Origin: Myxococcales bacterium
Lineage (GTDB): Bacteria; Myxococcota_A; UBA9042
Direction: 5' to 3'
DNA length: 19,873 bases
NCBI GenBank assembly: GCA_037441385.1
Contig: JBBISH010000117.1
Span: forward strand, 1 to 19,873
Both the position numbers and the translations under genes were made by a program. How positions within the stretch are numbered: position 1 is the first letter of the stretch; every line of letters starts with the position of its first letter. The notes under the pieces are model-generated. The model had not been told where the DNA came from. It searched no databases and saw nothing but the letters and a program-made list of their open reading frames with translations. This document shows positions 1 through 9,169 of the stretch, in pieces.

Positions 1-3000
1 GATCGCCGTGCCCGCGCAGCTGCCGCCGCTGCACTTGTCGCCGGCCGTGCAGGCGTTGCCGTCGTCGCACGCCGCCGTGTTGGCTACGTTTTGGCAGTTG
101 CCGCTGGTGGTGTTGCAGCTGTCCGCGGTGCACGGATTGCTGTCGTTGCAGTCCTTGGCCGCGCCGGGGCTGCAGGCGGCCGACTTGCACACGTCGCCCA
201 CCGTGCAAGGGTTGCCGTCCGTGCAGGCGATGGTGTTGGCCTTGTACTGGCAGCCGGTGGCGGGGTCGCAGCTGTCGTCGGTGCACAGGTTGCTGTCGTC
301 GCAGGTGACTTGCGCGCCCGGCAGGCACACGCCGCTGGTGCACTTGTCGCCCGCCGAGCAGACCGAGTTGTCCGCATTGCACGGTGCGTTGTTGTTCTGC
401 GCCACGTAGTCGCAGATACCGGTGCTGGGTGCGCAGGTGTTCTTGGCGCACACGTTGTCGCCGCTGGTGTCGCAAGTGACCACGGTCTTGGGGTTGACCT
501 TGCACTGGTAGGGCAGGGCGGTTTTGTCGCAGTACAGCGTGCCGTTGCACAGGTTGCCGTCTTCTTGGCTGGCGCAGTCGCTGTCCTGGTTGCAGGCGCA
601 GGTGTTGGCGCCGGGTTTGCAGACGCCGCCGCCGCAGACGTCGCCCACGGTGCAGCCGTTGCCGTCGCTACAGGTCGCGGTGTTGTTGGCGTGCGTGCAA
701 CCGCTGCTGGGATTGCACGAGTCGTCGGTGCACGGGTTGGCGTCGTCGCAAATCACCGCCACGTTGATGGCCGTGCCCTTGCAAGCGCCCGCGCTGCAGA
801 CGTCGCCGGTGGTGCAGGCGTTGTTGTCGTTGCACGGCAGGGTGTTGGCGGTGTAGACGCAGCCCAGCTTGCTGTCGCACGAGTCGCTGGTGCACGGGTT
901 GCTGTCGTTGCAGGTGACGCTGCTGCCCACGCAGAAGCCGCCCGCGCACGCGTCATTCTGGCTGCAGGCGTTGTTGTCGTCGCAGGGCAAGGTGTTGGCC
1001 TGGAACACGCAGGCGCCCGTGGTGGTGTTGCACGAGTCGCTGGTGCACAGGTTGCCGTCGTTGCAGGTGGTGGTGGCGCCGGGCTTGCAGGCCGAGGCCG
1101 CGCACACGTCGCCCACGGTGCAGGCGTTGCCGTCGCTGCAGGGGGCGGTGTTGGCCTTGAACACGCAACCCAGCTTGGCGTCGCAGCTATCGTCGGTGCA
1201 GGGGTTGCTGTCGTTGCAGCTGAGGACGCTGCCGGACTTGCAGACCCCGCTGGCGCAGGCGTCGCCCACGGTGCACACACTGCCGTCAGCATCGCACGCC
1301 GTGCCGTCGGCGCTGGCGACCATGCCGCACTTGCCGGTCTTGGTGGCGCAGACGTTGGTCGCGCAGACCGTGTTGACGCTGGTGTCGCAGGTAACGACGG
1401 TCGACGGGTTGACCTTGCACTGGTACGGCAGGGCGCTCTTGTCGCAGAATAGGGTGCCGTTGCAGAAGTTGCCGTCTTCTTGGCTGGCGCAGTCGCTGTC
1501 CACGGTGCAGCCGCAGGTGTTGGTGCCCGACTTGCAGCTGCCGCTGGCACACGCGTCGCCGGTGGTGCACGGGTTGCCGTCGTCGCAGCTGGCGGTGTTG
1601 TTGCTGTGGGTGCAGCCGCTCGACGGCACGCAACCCTCTGTGGTGCAAGGATTGCCGTCGTCGCAAAGCGTGGCGGGGCTGACCGCGGTGCCCTTGCAGG
1701 TGCCGCTGCTGCACACGTCGCTGGTGGTGCAGGCGTTGCCGTCGCTGCACGCCACCGTGTTGGGGGCGTTGACGCAGCCGGTCTTGGGGTCGCACGAGTC
1801 GCTGGTGCAGACGTTGTTGTCGTTGCAGCTGACCGCGCTGCCCACGCACGAGCCGCCGCTGCAGGTGTCGCCCTGGCTGCAGGCGTTGCCGTCGTCGCAA
1901 CCCAAGGTGTTGTTGGCAAAGACGCAGGCGCCGCTGGTCGAGTTGCACGAGTCGCTGGTGCACGGGTTGCCATCGTTGCACACCGTGGCCGGACCGGCCT
2001 TGCACGCGCTGTTTTGGCAGACATCGCCCACCGTGCAGGGGTTGCCGTCGCTGCAGGGCAGGGTGTTGGGCTTGTTGGTGCAGCCCAGCTTGGTGTCGCA
2101 GGCGTCGTCCGTGCAGGGGTTGTTGTCGTTGCAGTTCAAGGTGTTGCCAGCCGTGCACAGGCCGGACTTGCAGGTATCGGGGCTGGTGCACACCGAGCCG
2201 TCGGCGTCGCAGGTCCCGCCCTCGTTCTGGGCCACAAAGCCGCACTTGCCGGTGCCGGTGGCGCACGTGTTCTTGCTGCACACTGTGTCGGCGCTGCCGT
2301 CGCAGGTGACGATCGTCTTGGGATTGACCTTGCAGTTGTAGGGCAGGGCGCTCTTGTCGCAGAACAGGGTGCCGTTGCAGAAGTTGCCGTCCTCTTGGCT
2401 GGCGCAGTCGCTGTCCTGGCTGCAGCCGCAGGTGTTGGTGCCCGACTTGCACACGCCGCCCGCACAGGCGTCGCCGGTGGTGCAGCCGTTGCCGTCGTCG
2501 CAGCTCGAGGTGTTGTTGGCGTGGGTGCAGCCGGCCTTGGGGTCGCAAGCCTCGGTCGTGCAAGGGTTGTTGTCGGTGCAGAACACGGCGACGTTGATCG
2601 CCGAGCCCGCGCACTTGCCGCTGCCGCACGTGTCGCCGCTGGTGCAGGCGTTGCCGTCGTCGCAGGGCAGCGTGTTGGCGGTGTTCACGCAACCCAGCTT
2701 GGGGTCGCACGAATCGGTGGTGCAGGGGTTACTGTCGTCGCAGTTGGCCGCGGCGCCGCTGCACACGCCGGCTTTGCACACGTCGGACACCGAGCAGGCG
2801 TTGCCGTCGTTGCACGGGTTGCTGTTGGCGGCGAACGTGCAGGCGCCGCTGCTGGGGCTGCAGGCGTCGTCGGTGCAGGGGTTGCTGTCGTTGCACACGA
2901 CCGCCGCGCCCGCCGCGCAGCTGCCGGCCTTGCAGGCGTCGCCCACGGTGCAGGGGTTGCCGTCGCTGCAGCCGGCGGTGTTGGCCTTGAACTGGCAGCC

Positions 3001-6000
3001 CAGCTTGGGGTCGCAACTGTCGTCGGTGCACGGGTTGTTGTCGTTGCACACCTGGACGGCGCCTGGCTTGCAGGTACCGGCCGCGCAGCTGTCGCCGCTG
3101 GTGCACACGCTGCCATCCGCGTCGCAGGGTTGGCCATTGTTCACCGCGACATAGCCGCACTTGCCCGTGGCCGTGGCGCACTGGTTCTTGCTGCAGAGGG
3201 TGTCGCCGCTGGCGTCGCAGCTGACGACCGTCTTGGGGTTGACGGTGCACTTGTAGGGCAGGGCGCTTTTGTCGCAGAACAGGGTGCCGTTGCAGAAGTT
3301 GCCGTCCTCTTGGCCGGCGCAGTCGCTGTCTTGGTTGCAGCCGCAGGTGTTGGTGCCCGAAGAGCAGCTGCCGCCGCTGCACACGTCGCCGCTGGTGCAG
3401 CCGTTGCCGTCGTCGCAAGCCGCCGTGTTGTTGGTGTGGGTGCAGCCGGTCTTGGTGTTGCAACCTTCCGTCGTGCAAGGGTTGTTGTCGTTGCAGGCGC
3501 TGGCCGGGTTGATGGCCGCGCCCGCGCAGGTGCCGCCGCCGCAGAGGTCCCCGCTGGTGCAGGCGTTGCCGTCGTCGCAGGCGATGGTGTTGGCGGCGTT
3601 GACGCAGCCGACCTTCGGATCGCAACTGTCGGTGGTGCACGGGTTGTTGTCGTTGCAGTTGACCGCGCTGCCGCTGCAGGCGCCGCCGCTGCAGGTGTCG
3701 CTCTGGCTGCAGGCGTTGCCGTCGTCGCAGGTCAGGGTGTTGTTGGTAAACGCGCAGTTGCCGCTGGTCTTGTCGCACGCGTCGGTGGTGCACGGGTTGC
3801 CGTCTTTGCAGACCTGAGCCGGGCCGGCGTTGCACACGCCGCTGGAGCACACGTCGCCGACCGTGCATGGGTTGCCGTCGCTGCAGGCCACGGCGTTGGC
3901 CTTGAAGACGCAGCCGGCCTTGGGGTCGCAGCTGTCGTCGGTGCACGGGTTGCTGTCGTTGCAGGTCAGGGCTGCGCCGGCCGCGCACATCCCCGCTTTG
4001 CAGGCGTCGCCGCTGGTGCAGACCGAGCCGTCGGCATCGCAGGTTTTGCCTTCGTTTTGCGCCACGTAGCCGCACTTGCCTGTCGCCGTGGCGCAGGTGT
4101 TCTTGGTGCAGAGTGTGTCGGCGCCTGGGTCGCAGGTCACCACGGTCTTGGGGTTGACCACGCACTTGTAGGGTAGGGCGCTCTTGTCGCAGAACAGCGT
4201 GCCGTTGCACAGGTTGCCGTCTTCTTGGCTGGCGCAGTCGCTGTCGATCGCGCAGGCACAGGTGTTGGTGCCGCTTTGGCACTTGCCGTTCTGGCAGGCG
4301 TCGCCGCTGGTGCAGGCGTTGCCGTCGTCGCAGCTGGCGGTGTTGTTGGCGTACACGCAACCCAGCTTGGCATCGCAGTTTTCTGTGGTGCAGGGGTTGT
4401 TGTCGGTGCAGAGAACCTTGGGGTCCAGGAGTTGGCCCGCGCACTTGCCGGCGGCGCACGTGTCGCTGCTGGTGCACTTGTTGCCGTCGTCGCACGGGTT
4501 GCTGTTGGCGGTGTTCACACAGCCGGTCTTGGGGTCACAGGAGTCGCTCGTGCATGGGTTCAGGTCGTCGCATGCCACCGAAGTGCCTGTGCACACGGTG
4601 TTCTTGCAGGCATCGCCCTGGCTGCAGGCGTTGCCGTCGTCGCACGGGTTGCTGTTGGCTAGGTTCAGGCAGTTGCCCGTCTTTGGGTCGCAGGCGTCGC
4701 TGGTGCAGCCGTTGTTGTCGTCGCAGCTGGGCGCCTTGCCGGGGGTGCAGGTGCCCAGCTTGCACACGTCGCCCACGGTGCAGGGGTTGCCATCGCTGCA
4801 CGGCACGGCGTTTTGCACGAACTTGCAGCCGTTCTTGGCGTCGCAGCTGTCGTCGGTGCAGGGGTTGCCGTCGTTGCAGTTCAAGCCGCCGCCGGCCAGG
4901 CAGATGCCGCCCTTGCACGCGTCGCCGGTGGTGCACACCGAGCCGTCGGCGTCGCACGGCTTGTCGTCGTTGATGGCCGTGTAGCCGCAGGTGCCCTGTT
5001 TGGTGTCGCAGCGGTTCTCCACGCAGGGGGTATTGCCCGACGCATCGCAGGTGACCACCGTCTTGGGGTTGACCTTGCACTTGAAGGGCGCGGCGCTCTT
5101 GTCGCAATACAGCGTGCCGTTGCACAGGTTGCCGTCTTCTTGGCTGGCGCAGTCGCCGTCCTGGGTGCAGCCGCAGGTGTTGGTGCCGCCCTGGCAGGCG
5201 CCGTTCTTGCACTGGTCGCCGGTGGTGCACGGGTTGCCGTCGTCGCATAGTGCGTTGCTGAAGTCGTTGAAGCAGCCCGCGGTGGCGCTGCAAGTGTCAA
5301 CGGTGCAAGGATTTTGGTCGTCGCACAAGATCGACGGGTCCAGGGGCGTGCCCTTGCAGACGCCGCCTTGGCACACGTCGCTGGTGCTGCACGCGTCCAG
5401 GTCGTCGCACGGCAGGGTGTTGGCGGTGTTGACGCAGCCCGACTTGGCGCTACAGGTGTCGCTGGTGCACGGGTTGCCGTCGTCGCAGGCCACCGCGGTG
5501 CCGACGCAGGTGCCCGACTTGCACAAATCGCCGCTGGTGCAGGCGTTGCCGTCGTCGCAGGGTGCGATGACCTGCTTGAACTGGCACGCACCCGTGGCGG
5601 CGTCGCACGAGTCGGCGGTGCACGAATTGCCGTCTTCGCAAGCCTTGGTGGGGCCGGCTACGCACAGGCCGCCCTTGCAGAAGTCGCCCTGCGTGCACGC
5701 GTTGCCGTCGCTGCACGGCGCGGCCATGGGCACCACCTTGCAACCCTCTTTGGGGTCGCACGAGTCGGCGGTGCAGGGGCTGCCATCGGTGCAGTCCAAA
5801 GCCTTGCCCGCCAAGCACTTGCCGCCGGTACAGCTGTCGTTGCTGGTGCACACCGAGCCGTCGGCGTCGCAGGCCGTGCCGTCTTTCTGCGCGACCAAGC
5901 TGCACTTGCCGGCAGTCTTGTCGCACACGTTCTTGGCGCAGGTGCTGTCCGCGCTGGTGTCGCAGGTGACCACGGTGGCTGGGTTGACCTTGCAGGCCCA

Positions 6001-6090
6001 CACGCTGGTGCTCTTGTCGCAGAACAGCGTACCGTTGCACAGGTCGCCGTCCTCCAAGGTGGCGCAGTCGCCGTCGGTGGCGCACTTGCA
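1..6090 (-). repeat. 915-bp (305-aa) tandem higher-order repeat within gene A, 7 node modules visible
   Basis: The node motif EDG(N/D)(L/F)CNGTL(F/Y)CDKxxxxxxCxVNPxTxVxC recurs with plus-strand ttgtcgca at 524, 1439, 2354, 3269, 4184, 5099 and 6014, exactly 915 bp apart. Confidence 0.95.
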
Positions 6091-7680
6091 GGTGCTGGCA
6101 CCCGAAGAGCACTTGCCATCTTGGCAGGCGTCGCCGGTCGTGCACGGGTTGCCGTCGTCGCAGGCGTTTAGGTTGTTGGTGTGGGTGCAGCCGCTCAGGG
6201 GGTCGCAACCCTCTGTGGTGCAAGGATTGCCGTCGTCGCAGTCGCTGCTGATGATCAGCGGCACGCCCTTGCAGGCGCCGGTTTTGCTGCAGACATCGCC
6301 GCCGGTGCATTCGTTGCCGTCGCTGCAGGGCAGGCCGTTGGCCACGTGGCTGCAACCGCCGTCGGGCTGGCACGAGTCGCTGGTGCACGGGTTCTTGTCG
6401 TTGCAGTTGGCCGCAGTGCCCGCACAGGCGCCGCCCGCGCAAACATCGCTTTCGGTGCAGTCGTTGTTGTCGTTGCAGGGGGCTTGGTTGGCGGGCCAGG
6501 CGCACTTGCCGGTGACCAAGTCGCACAGGTCGTCGGTGCATGGGTTGCCGTCGTTGCAGGTCTTGGGCTTGCCGGGGGCGCAATCGCCGTCGACGCACAA
6601 GTCACCCAACGTACAGGGGTTGTTGTCGCTGCACACCGCGTTGGCCAGCGGGCTGTGGCTGCAGCCGGTGCCGGGCAGGCACTTGTCGGCGGTGCAGGCT
6701 TGGTCGTCGTTGCAGTCCAGCGTGCTGCCCGCGGCGCAGGCGCCGCCGCTGCAGGCGTCGTTCAGCGTGCAGACGCTGCCATCGTTGCAGGGCTTCTGGT
6801 TGAAATCGTGCTGGCAGCCGCCGGGTGCACACAGGTCGTCGGTGCACAAGTTGCCGTCGTCGCACTGCAGCAGTTGGCCGACACAGGCTCCCTTGGTGCA
6901 CGCCGTTTGGATGGTGCACGGATCGCTGTCGTCGCACGGCGAACCCTCGGCCAGGCTCACGGCCAAGCAGAAACCGTCTAGGCAAATGCCGGTTTTGCAG
7001 GGATCGCCCCCGCCAAGCACTTGGCACGGGGCGTTGTTGTCGCAGGCGATCTGCCCGGCGTCATTGGCATCGTCTGTGCCATCGGCCGCGTCGTCGCTTG
7101 GGACGGTGTCGTCGGCATCGCCCTGGTCGATTCCGTCACCTGCGGCGCCGTTGTCCGAACCGTCTTCGCCGTCGTCCCCATCGGCGCTGCCGCTGTCGCC
7201 ACTGTCGTCGCCGTCGCCCGCGTCGCCGGTGGCGGTGGCGTCGTCGGTGTCCGCGACGCCCACGGTCCCGTCGCCCCCGCCGCTGCCGTCCAGGATGCCA
7301 ATGATCGAATCCTGGGGTTTGACCTCAAAACTCAAGGCGTCGCACTCGTTGCCGGTGCACACGCCTACCGTTCCGTCGCCCTTGCCGCTCAGGTCGCCTA
7401 GCAATGCCCCGTCGCCGTCCGTGCTGCCATCGGCCAATTCGCCGTCACCCGCGGCGCTGTCGTCGGCCTCGCCCGAAGCGAGATCGCCCGCCAAGTTGGT
7501 GTCTTTCGCGCCCGCCCCTAGCGAGCCCACCACGCCGGTATCCTCTGCGCAGCCTGCGCCGCCAAGGACCAACAGCAGTAGCGCAAGGCGCGCCAACGCG
7601 ATCGTGAGCGCAGGCGAAGGGCGGTGCCCAAGCGTGCAAAAGCCATTGGTCGGCGCGGAGTTGCGTCGAGACATCGTCAT
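1..7680 (-). CDS. Giant cysteine-rich repeat lipoprotein A (at least 2560 aa, 3' end outside the window); CDDGNxCT (Dicty_CTDC-like) modules in a 305-aa higher-order repeat
   Basis: Manual translation from ATG at 7680 gives MTMSRRNSAP...LARLALLLLVLGGAG-C (lipobox-like Cys at 7549-7551), then a D/G-rich linker and Cys repeats. The same frame at base 1 reads ...ACDDGNACTAGDKCSGGSCAGTAI. All antisense shadow ORFs stay in one register from 8 to 7741, so there is no frameshift. Alternative in-frame ATGs exist at 7674, 7695 and 7749. Confidence 0.93.
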   Translation of the reverse strand, partial: MTMSRRNSAPTNGFCTLGHRPSPALTIALARLALLLLVLGGAGCAEDTGVVGSLGAGAKDTNLAGDLASGEADDSAAGDGELADGSTDGDGALLGDLSGKGDGTVGVCTGNECDALSFEVKPQDSIIGILDGSGGGDGTVGVADTDDATATGDAGDGDDSGDSGSADGDDGEDGSDNGAAGDGIDQGDADDTVPSDDAADGTDDANDAGQIACDNNAPCQVLGGGDPCKTGICLDGFCLAVSLAEGSPCDDSDPCTIQTACTKGACVGQLLQCDDGNLCTDDLCAPGGCQHDFNQKPCNDGSVCTLNDACSGGACAAGSTLDCNDDQACTADKCLPGTGCSHSPLANAVCSDNNPCTLGDLCVDGDCAPGKPKTCNDGNPCTDDLCDLVTGKCAWPANQAPCNDNNDCTESDVCAGGACAGTAANCNDKNPCTSDSCQPDGGCSHVANGLPCSDGNECTGGDVCSKTGACKGVPLIISSDCDDGNPCTTEGCDPLSGCTHTNNLNACDDGNPCTTGDACQDGKCSSGASTCKCATDGDCATLEDGDLCNGTLFCDKSTSVWACKVNPATVVTCDTSADSTCAKNVCDKTAGKCSLVAQKDGTACDADGSVCTSNDSCTGGKCLAGKALDCTDGSPCTADSCDPKEGCKVVPMAAPCSDGNACTQGDFCKGGLCVAGPTKACEDGNSCTADSCDAATGACQFKQVIAPCDDGNACTSGDLCKSGTCVGTAVACDDGNPCTSDTCSAKSGCVNTANTLPCDDLDACSTSDVCQGGVCKGTPLDPSILCDDQNPCTVDTCSATAGCFNDFSNALCDDGNPCTTGDQCKNGACQGGTNTCGCTQDGDCASQEDGNLCNGTLYCDKSAAPFKCKVNPKTVVTCDASGNTPCVENRCDTKQGTCGYTAINDDKPCDADGSVCTTGDACKGGICLAGGGLNCNDGNPCTDDSCDAKNGCKFVQNAVPCSDGNPCTVGDVCKLGTCTPGKAPSCDDNNGCTSDACDPKTGNCLNLANSNPCDDGNACSQGDACKNTVCTGTSVACDDLNPCTSDSCDPKTGCVNTANSNPCDDGNKCTSSDTCAAGKCAGQLLDPKVLCTDNNPCTTENCDAKLGCVYANNTASCDDGNACTSGDACQNGKCQSGTNTCACAIDSDCASQEDGNLCNGTLFCDKSALPYKCVVNPKTVVTCDPGADTLCTKNTCATATGKCGYVAQNEGKTCDADGSVCTSGDACKAGMCAAGAALTCNDSNPCTDDSCDPKAGCVFKANAVACSDGNPCTVGDVCSSGVCNAGPAQVCKDGNPCTTDACDKTSGNCAFTNNTLTCDDGNACSQSDTCSGGACSGSAVNCNDNNPCTTDSCDPKVGCVNAANTIACDDGNACTSGDLCGGGTCAGAAINPASACNDNNPCTTEGCNTKTGCTHTNNTAACDDGNGCTSGDVCSGGSCSSGTNTCGCNQDSDCAGQEDGNFCNGTLFCDKSALPYKCTVNPKTVVSCDASGDTLCSKNQCATATGKCGYVAVNNGQPCDADGSVCTSGDSCAAGTCKPGAVQVCNDNNPCTDDSCDPKLGCQFKANTAGCSDGNPCTVGDACKAGSCAAGAAVVCNDSNPCTDDACSPSSGACTFAANSNPCNDGNACSVSDVCKAGVCSGAAANCDDSNPCTTDSCDPKLGCVNTANTLPCDDGNACTSGDTCGSGKCAGSAINVAVFCTDNNPCTTEACDPKAGCTHANNTSSCDDGNGCTTGDACAGGVCKSGTNTCGCSQDSDCASQEDGNFCNGTLFCDKSALPYNCKVNPKTIVTCDGSADTVCSKNTCATGTGKCGFVAQNEGGTCDADGSVCTSPDTCKSGLCTAGNTLNCNDNNPCTDDACDTKLGCTNKPNTLPCSDGNPCTVGDVCQNSACKAGPATVCNDGNPCTSDSCNSTSGACVFANNTLGCDDGNACSQGDTCSGGSCVGSAVSCNDNNVCTSDSCDPKTGCVNAPNTVACSDGNACTTSDVCSSGTCKGTAVSPATLCDDGNPCTTEGCVPSSGCTHSNNTASCDDGNPCTTGDACASGSCKSGTNTCGCTVDSDCASQEDGNFCNGTLFCDKSALPYQCKVNPSTVVTCDTSVNTVCATNVCATKTGKCGMVASADGTACDADGSVCTVGDACASGVCKSGSVLSCNDSNPCTDDSCDAKLGCVFKANTAPCSDGNACTVGDVCAASACKPGATTTCNDGNLCTSDSCNTTTGACVFQANTLPCDDNNACSQNDACAGGFCVGSSVTCNDSNPCTSDSCDSKLGCVYTANTLPCNDNNACTTGDVCSAGACKGTAINVAVICDDANPCTDDSCNPSSGCTHANNTATCSDGNGCTVGDVCGGGVCKPGANTCACNQDSDCASQEDGNLCNGTLYCDKTALPYQCKVNPKTVVTCDTSGDNVCAKNTCAPSTGICDYVAQNNNAPCNADNSVCSAGDKCTSGVCLPGAQVTCDDSNLCTDDSCDPATGCQYKANTIACTDGNPCTVGDVCKSAACSPGAAKDCNDSNPCTADSCNTTSGNCQNVANTAACDDGNACTAGDKCSGGSCAGTAI

Positions 7681-7782
7681 GTCAGACCCCACCATTCTGG
7701 GCGGCGCGGGGAATGCGTCGCCATCCGTCACCACTTTATAACGGATCATTTTGCGGTTCGCACGAGAATCGCAGGCGGGCCG

Positions 7783-7836
7783 CACGACAACAGCCCCAAA
7801 GACGACAAGTGTCCCCAAGACGACAATTGCCCCAAG
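7783..7836. repeat. Three imperfect 18-bp direct repeats upstream of gene A
   Basis: cacgacaacagccccaaa / gacgacaagtgtccccaa / gacgacaattgccccaag, contiguous and intergenic. Confidence 0.75.
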
Positions 7837-7963
7837 AACTCAGGCGGCGGCTTTGATCTTCCTGTAGCTATTTGTAATTTGGCGGCCTCGCGGGTCGACT
7901 TGCGGTCCAAGAATCGCCGCGGAATCGACCCAATTTCCACCCCTTGGCGGCTGCCCGAGGCGG

Positions 7964-9169
7964 CTACCGCAGCGTGGCAACTCGGCGCAAATCCTGGGCA
8001 ATATTCTTTTGGTGGGCTTCCAGAGTGCCGCCGCCGATCTCGAGCAATTTGGCGTCGCGCCACAGCCGCTCTACATGGTACTCGCCCACGTAGCCATAGC
8101 CGCCCAAAGTCTGGATGGCGCGATCGGCCACATTCTTGGCCATCGTCGTGCAATACAGCTTGACGCCATCGGAATCTAGTCGGTTGCCATGGCTATCCAA
8201 GCGCAGCGCGGCCGCTGTCGCGTACACGTAGGTGCGCCCCGCCATGTACTCGGCATAGCTGTCGGCCAAGTGCTTCTGGATTTGGCCAAAGGCCCGGATA
8301 GGCTGGCCAAAGGCGTGACGTTCGCTGGCGTAATTGTTCATGATCTCGATCGACTTGCGGGCGATGCCCAGCGACATCGCGGCGAGCGTCAGGCGCTCGA
8401 TCTCCAAATTGCGCATCATGTGCATGGTCGAGTCACCCTCCTCACCGATGCGGTTGGCGAGGGGAACGCGGCAGTCTTCAAAGACCAGCTCGGCCGTGGG
8501 CGACGCGCGCATGCCAAGTTTGTCCTTGATGCGCTGGCCCAGCCGGAAGCCCGGCATGCCTTTTTCGACCAAGAACGACGACAGCGCTCGGCCTTTGGCG
8601 GTGCCGGTCTTGGCGTACACCAAGAAGCAATCGCCCAGCTCGGTGTCGTCGACCGCGCCGTTGGTGATCCACATCTTGGCGCCGTTCAAGAGGTAGTCGT
8701 CGCCGTCGCGGACGGCCGTGGTGCGCATCGCCAGGGCGTCCGTGCCCGCCTGCGGCTCGCTCATGCCCATGCCCGCGATCCACTCGCCCGAGATCACCTT
8801 GGGCAGCACCCGCGCCCGCTGCTCCGGGTTGGCGTTCTGGTAGAAATTGTTGACGAAAAGCATCGCGTGCGCCAGGTACGCCAGGCAGAAGCCCGGGTCC
8901 GCGGCACTCAGCTCTTCGTGGACGATGACCGAAGCCAGCGCGTCCATGCCCGCGCCACCCATCGATTCGGGCACGGTGATGCCGTGCAGGCCCAGGTCGC
9001 CGGCCTTCTCGAAGAGCTTGCGATTGAACTTCTCTAGCCGATCGTACTCGCGCGCTTGCGGCCAAACTTCGCGTTCGGCAAAAGCACGCACCATCTCGCG
9101 CAGGGCCAGGTGTTCTTCGGTAGGATTGAAAAGATCGGTACTATTCGCTGGTTGGCGGTGGTTGGCCAT
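7964..9169 (-). CDS. ivd: Acyl-CoA dehydrogenase, isovaleryl-CoA dehydrogenase type (401 aa)
   Basis: ACAD motifs MSEPQAGTD, LNGAKMWITNG, KLGMRASPTAELVFED and AIQTLGGYGY...ERLWRDAKLLEIGGGT. The MCAD catalytic-Glu position is Gly (EIGGGT rather than IYEGT) and LEIERLTLA supplies the IVD-type Glu. ATG at 9169 has a GAGGA RBS upstream; the track's start at 9388 is over-extended. Confidence 0.9.
   Translation of the reverse strand: MANHRQPANSTDLFNPTEEHLALREMVRAFAEREVWPQAREYDRLEKFNRKLFEKAGDLGLHGITVPESMGGAGMDALASVIVHEELSAADPGFCLAYLAHAMLFVNNFYQNANPEQRARVLPKVISGEWIAGMGMSEPQAGTDALAMRTTAVRDGDDYLLNGAKMWITNGAVDDTELGDCFLVYAKTGTAKGRALSSFLVEKGMPGFRLGQRIKDKLGMRASPTAELVFEDCRVPLANRIGEEGDSTMHMMRNLEIERLTLAAMSLGIARKSIEIMNNYASERHAFGQPIRAFGQIQKHLADSYAEYMAGRTYVYATAAALRLDSHGNRLDSDGVKLYCTTMAKNVADRAIQTLGGYGYVGEYHVERLWRDAKLLEIGGGTLEAHQKNIAQDLRRVATLR

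Noticed and set aside
524..6090. Regularly spaced near-identical DNA motifs as a CRISPR-like or non-coding array
   Set aside because: The 915-bp period is a multiple of three, the repeats are in-frame coding sequence with codon-level variation, and no cas genes are present.
7660..7680. Twin-arginine (Tat) signal in gene A (SRRN), likewise GRRL/ARRRL in gene B
   Set aside because: The SRRxFLK consensus is missing, and disulfide-rich giant proteins are more plausibly Sec/SPII substrates.
8..7741. Long plus-strand ORFs (e.g. 1480..4176, 4991..7741) and off-frame minus ORFs rich in R/Q or A/T/P
   Set aside because: They are antisense and alternate-frame shadows of the repetitive GC-rich gene A; their LPSSQ and VAVVA periodicity mirrors the CDDGN codons.
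7783..7836. 18-bp repeats as a mini-CRISPR, or as coding sequence of ORF 7624..8163
   Set aside because: There are no spacers. The ORF overlaps two real genes on the opposite strand and is not protein-like.
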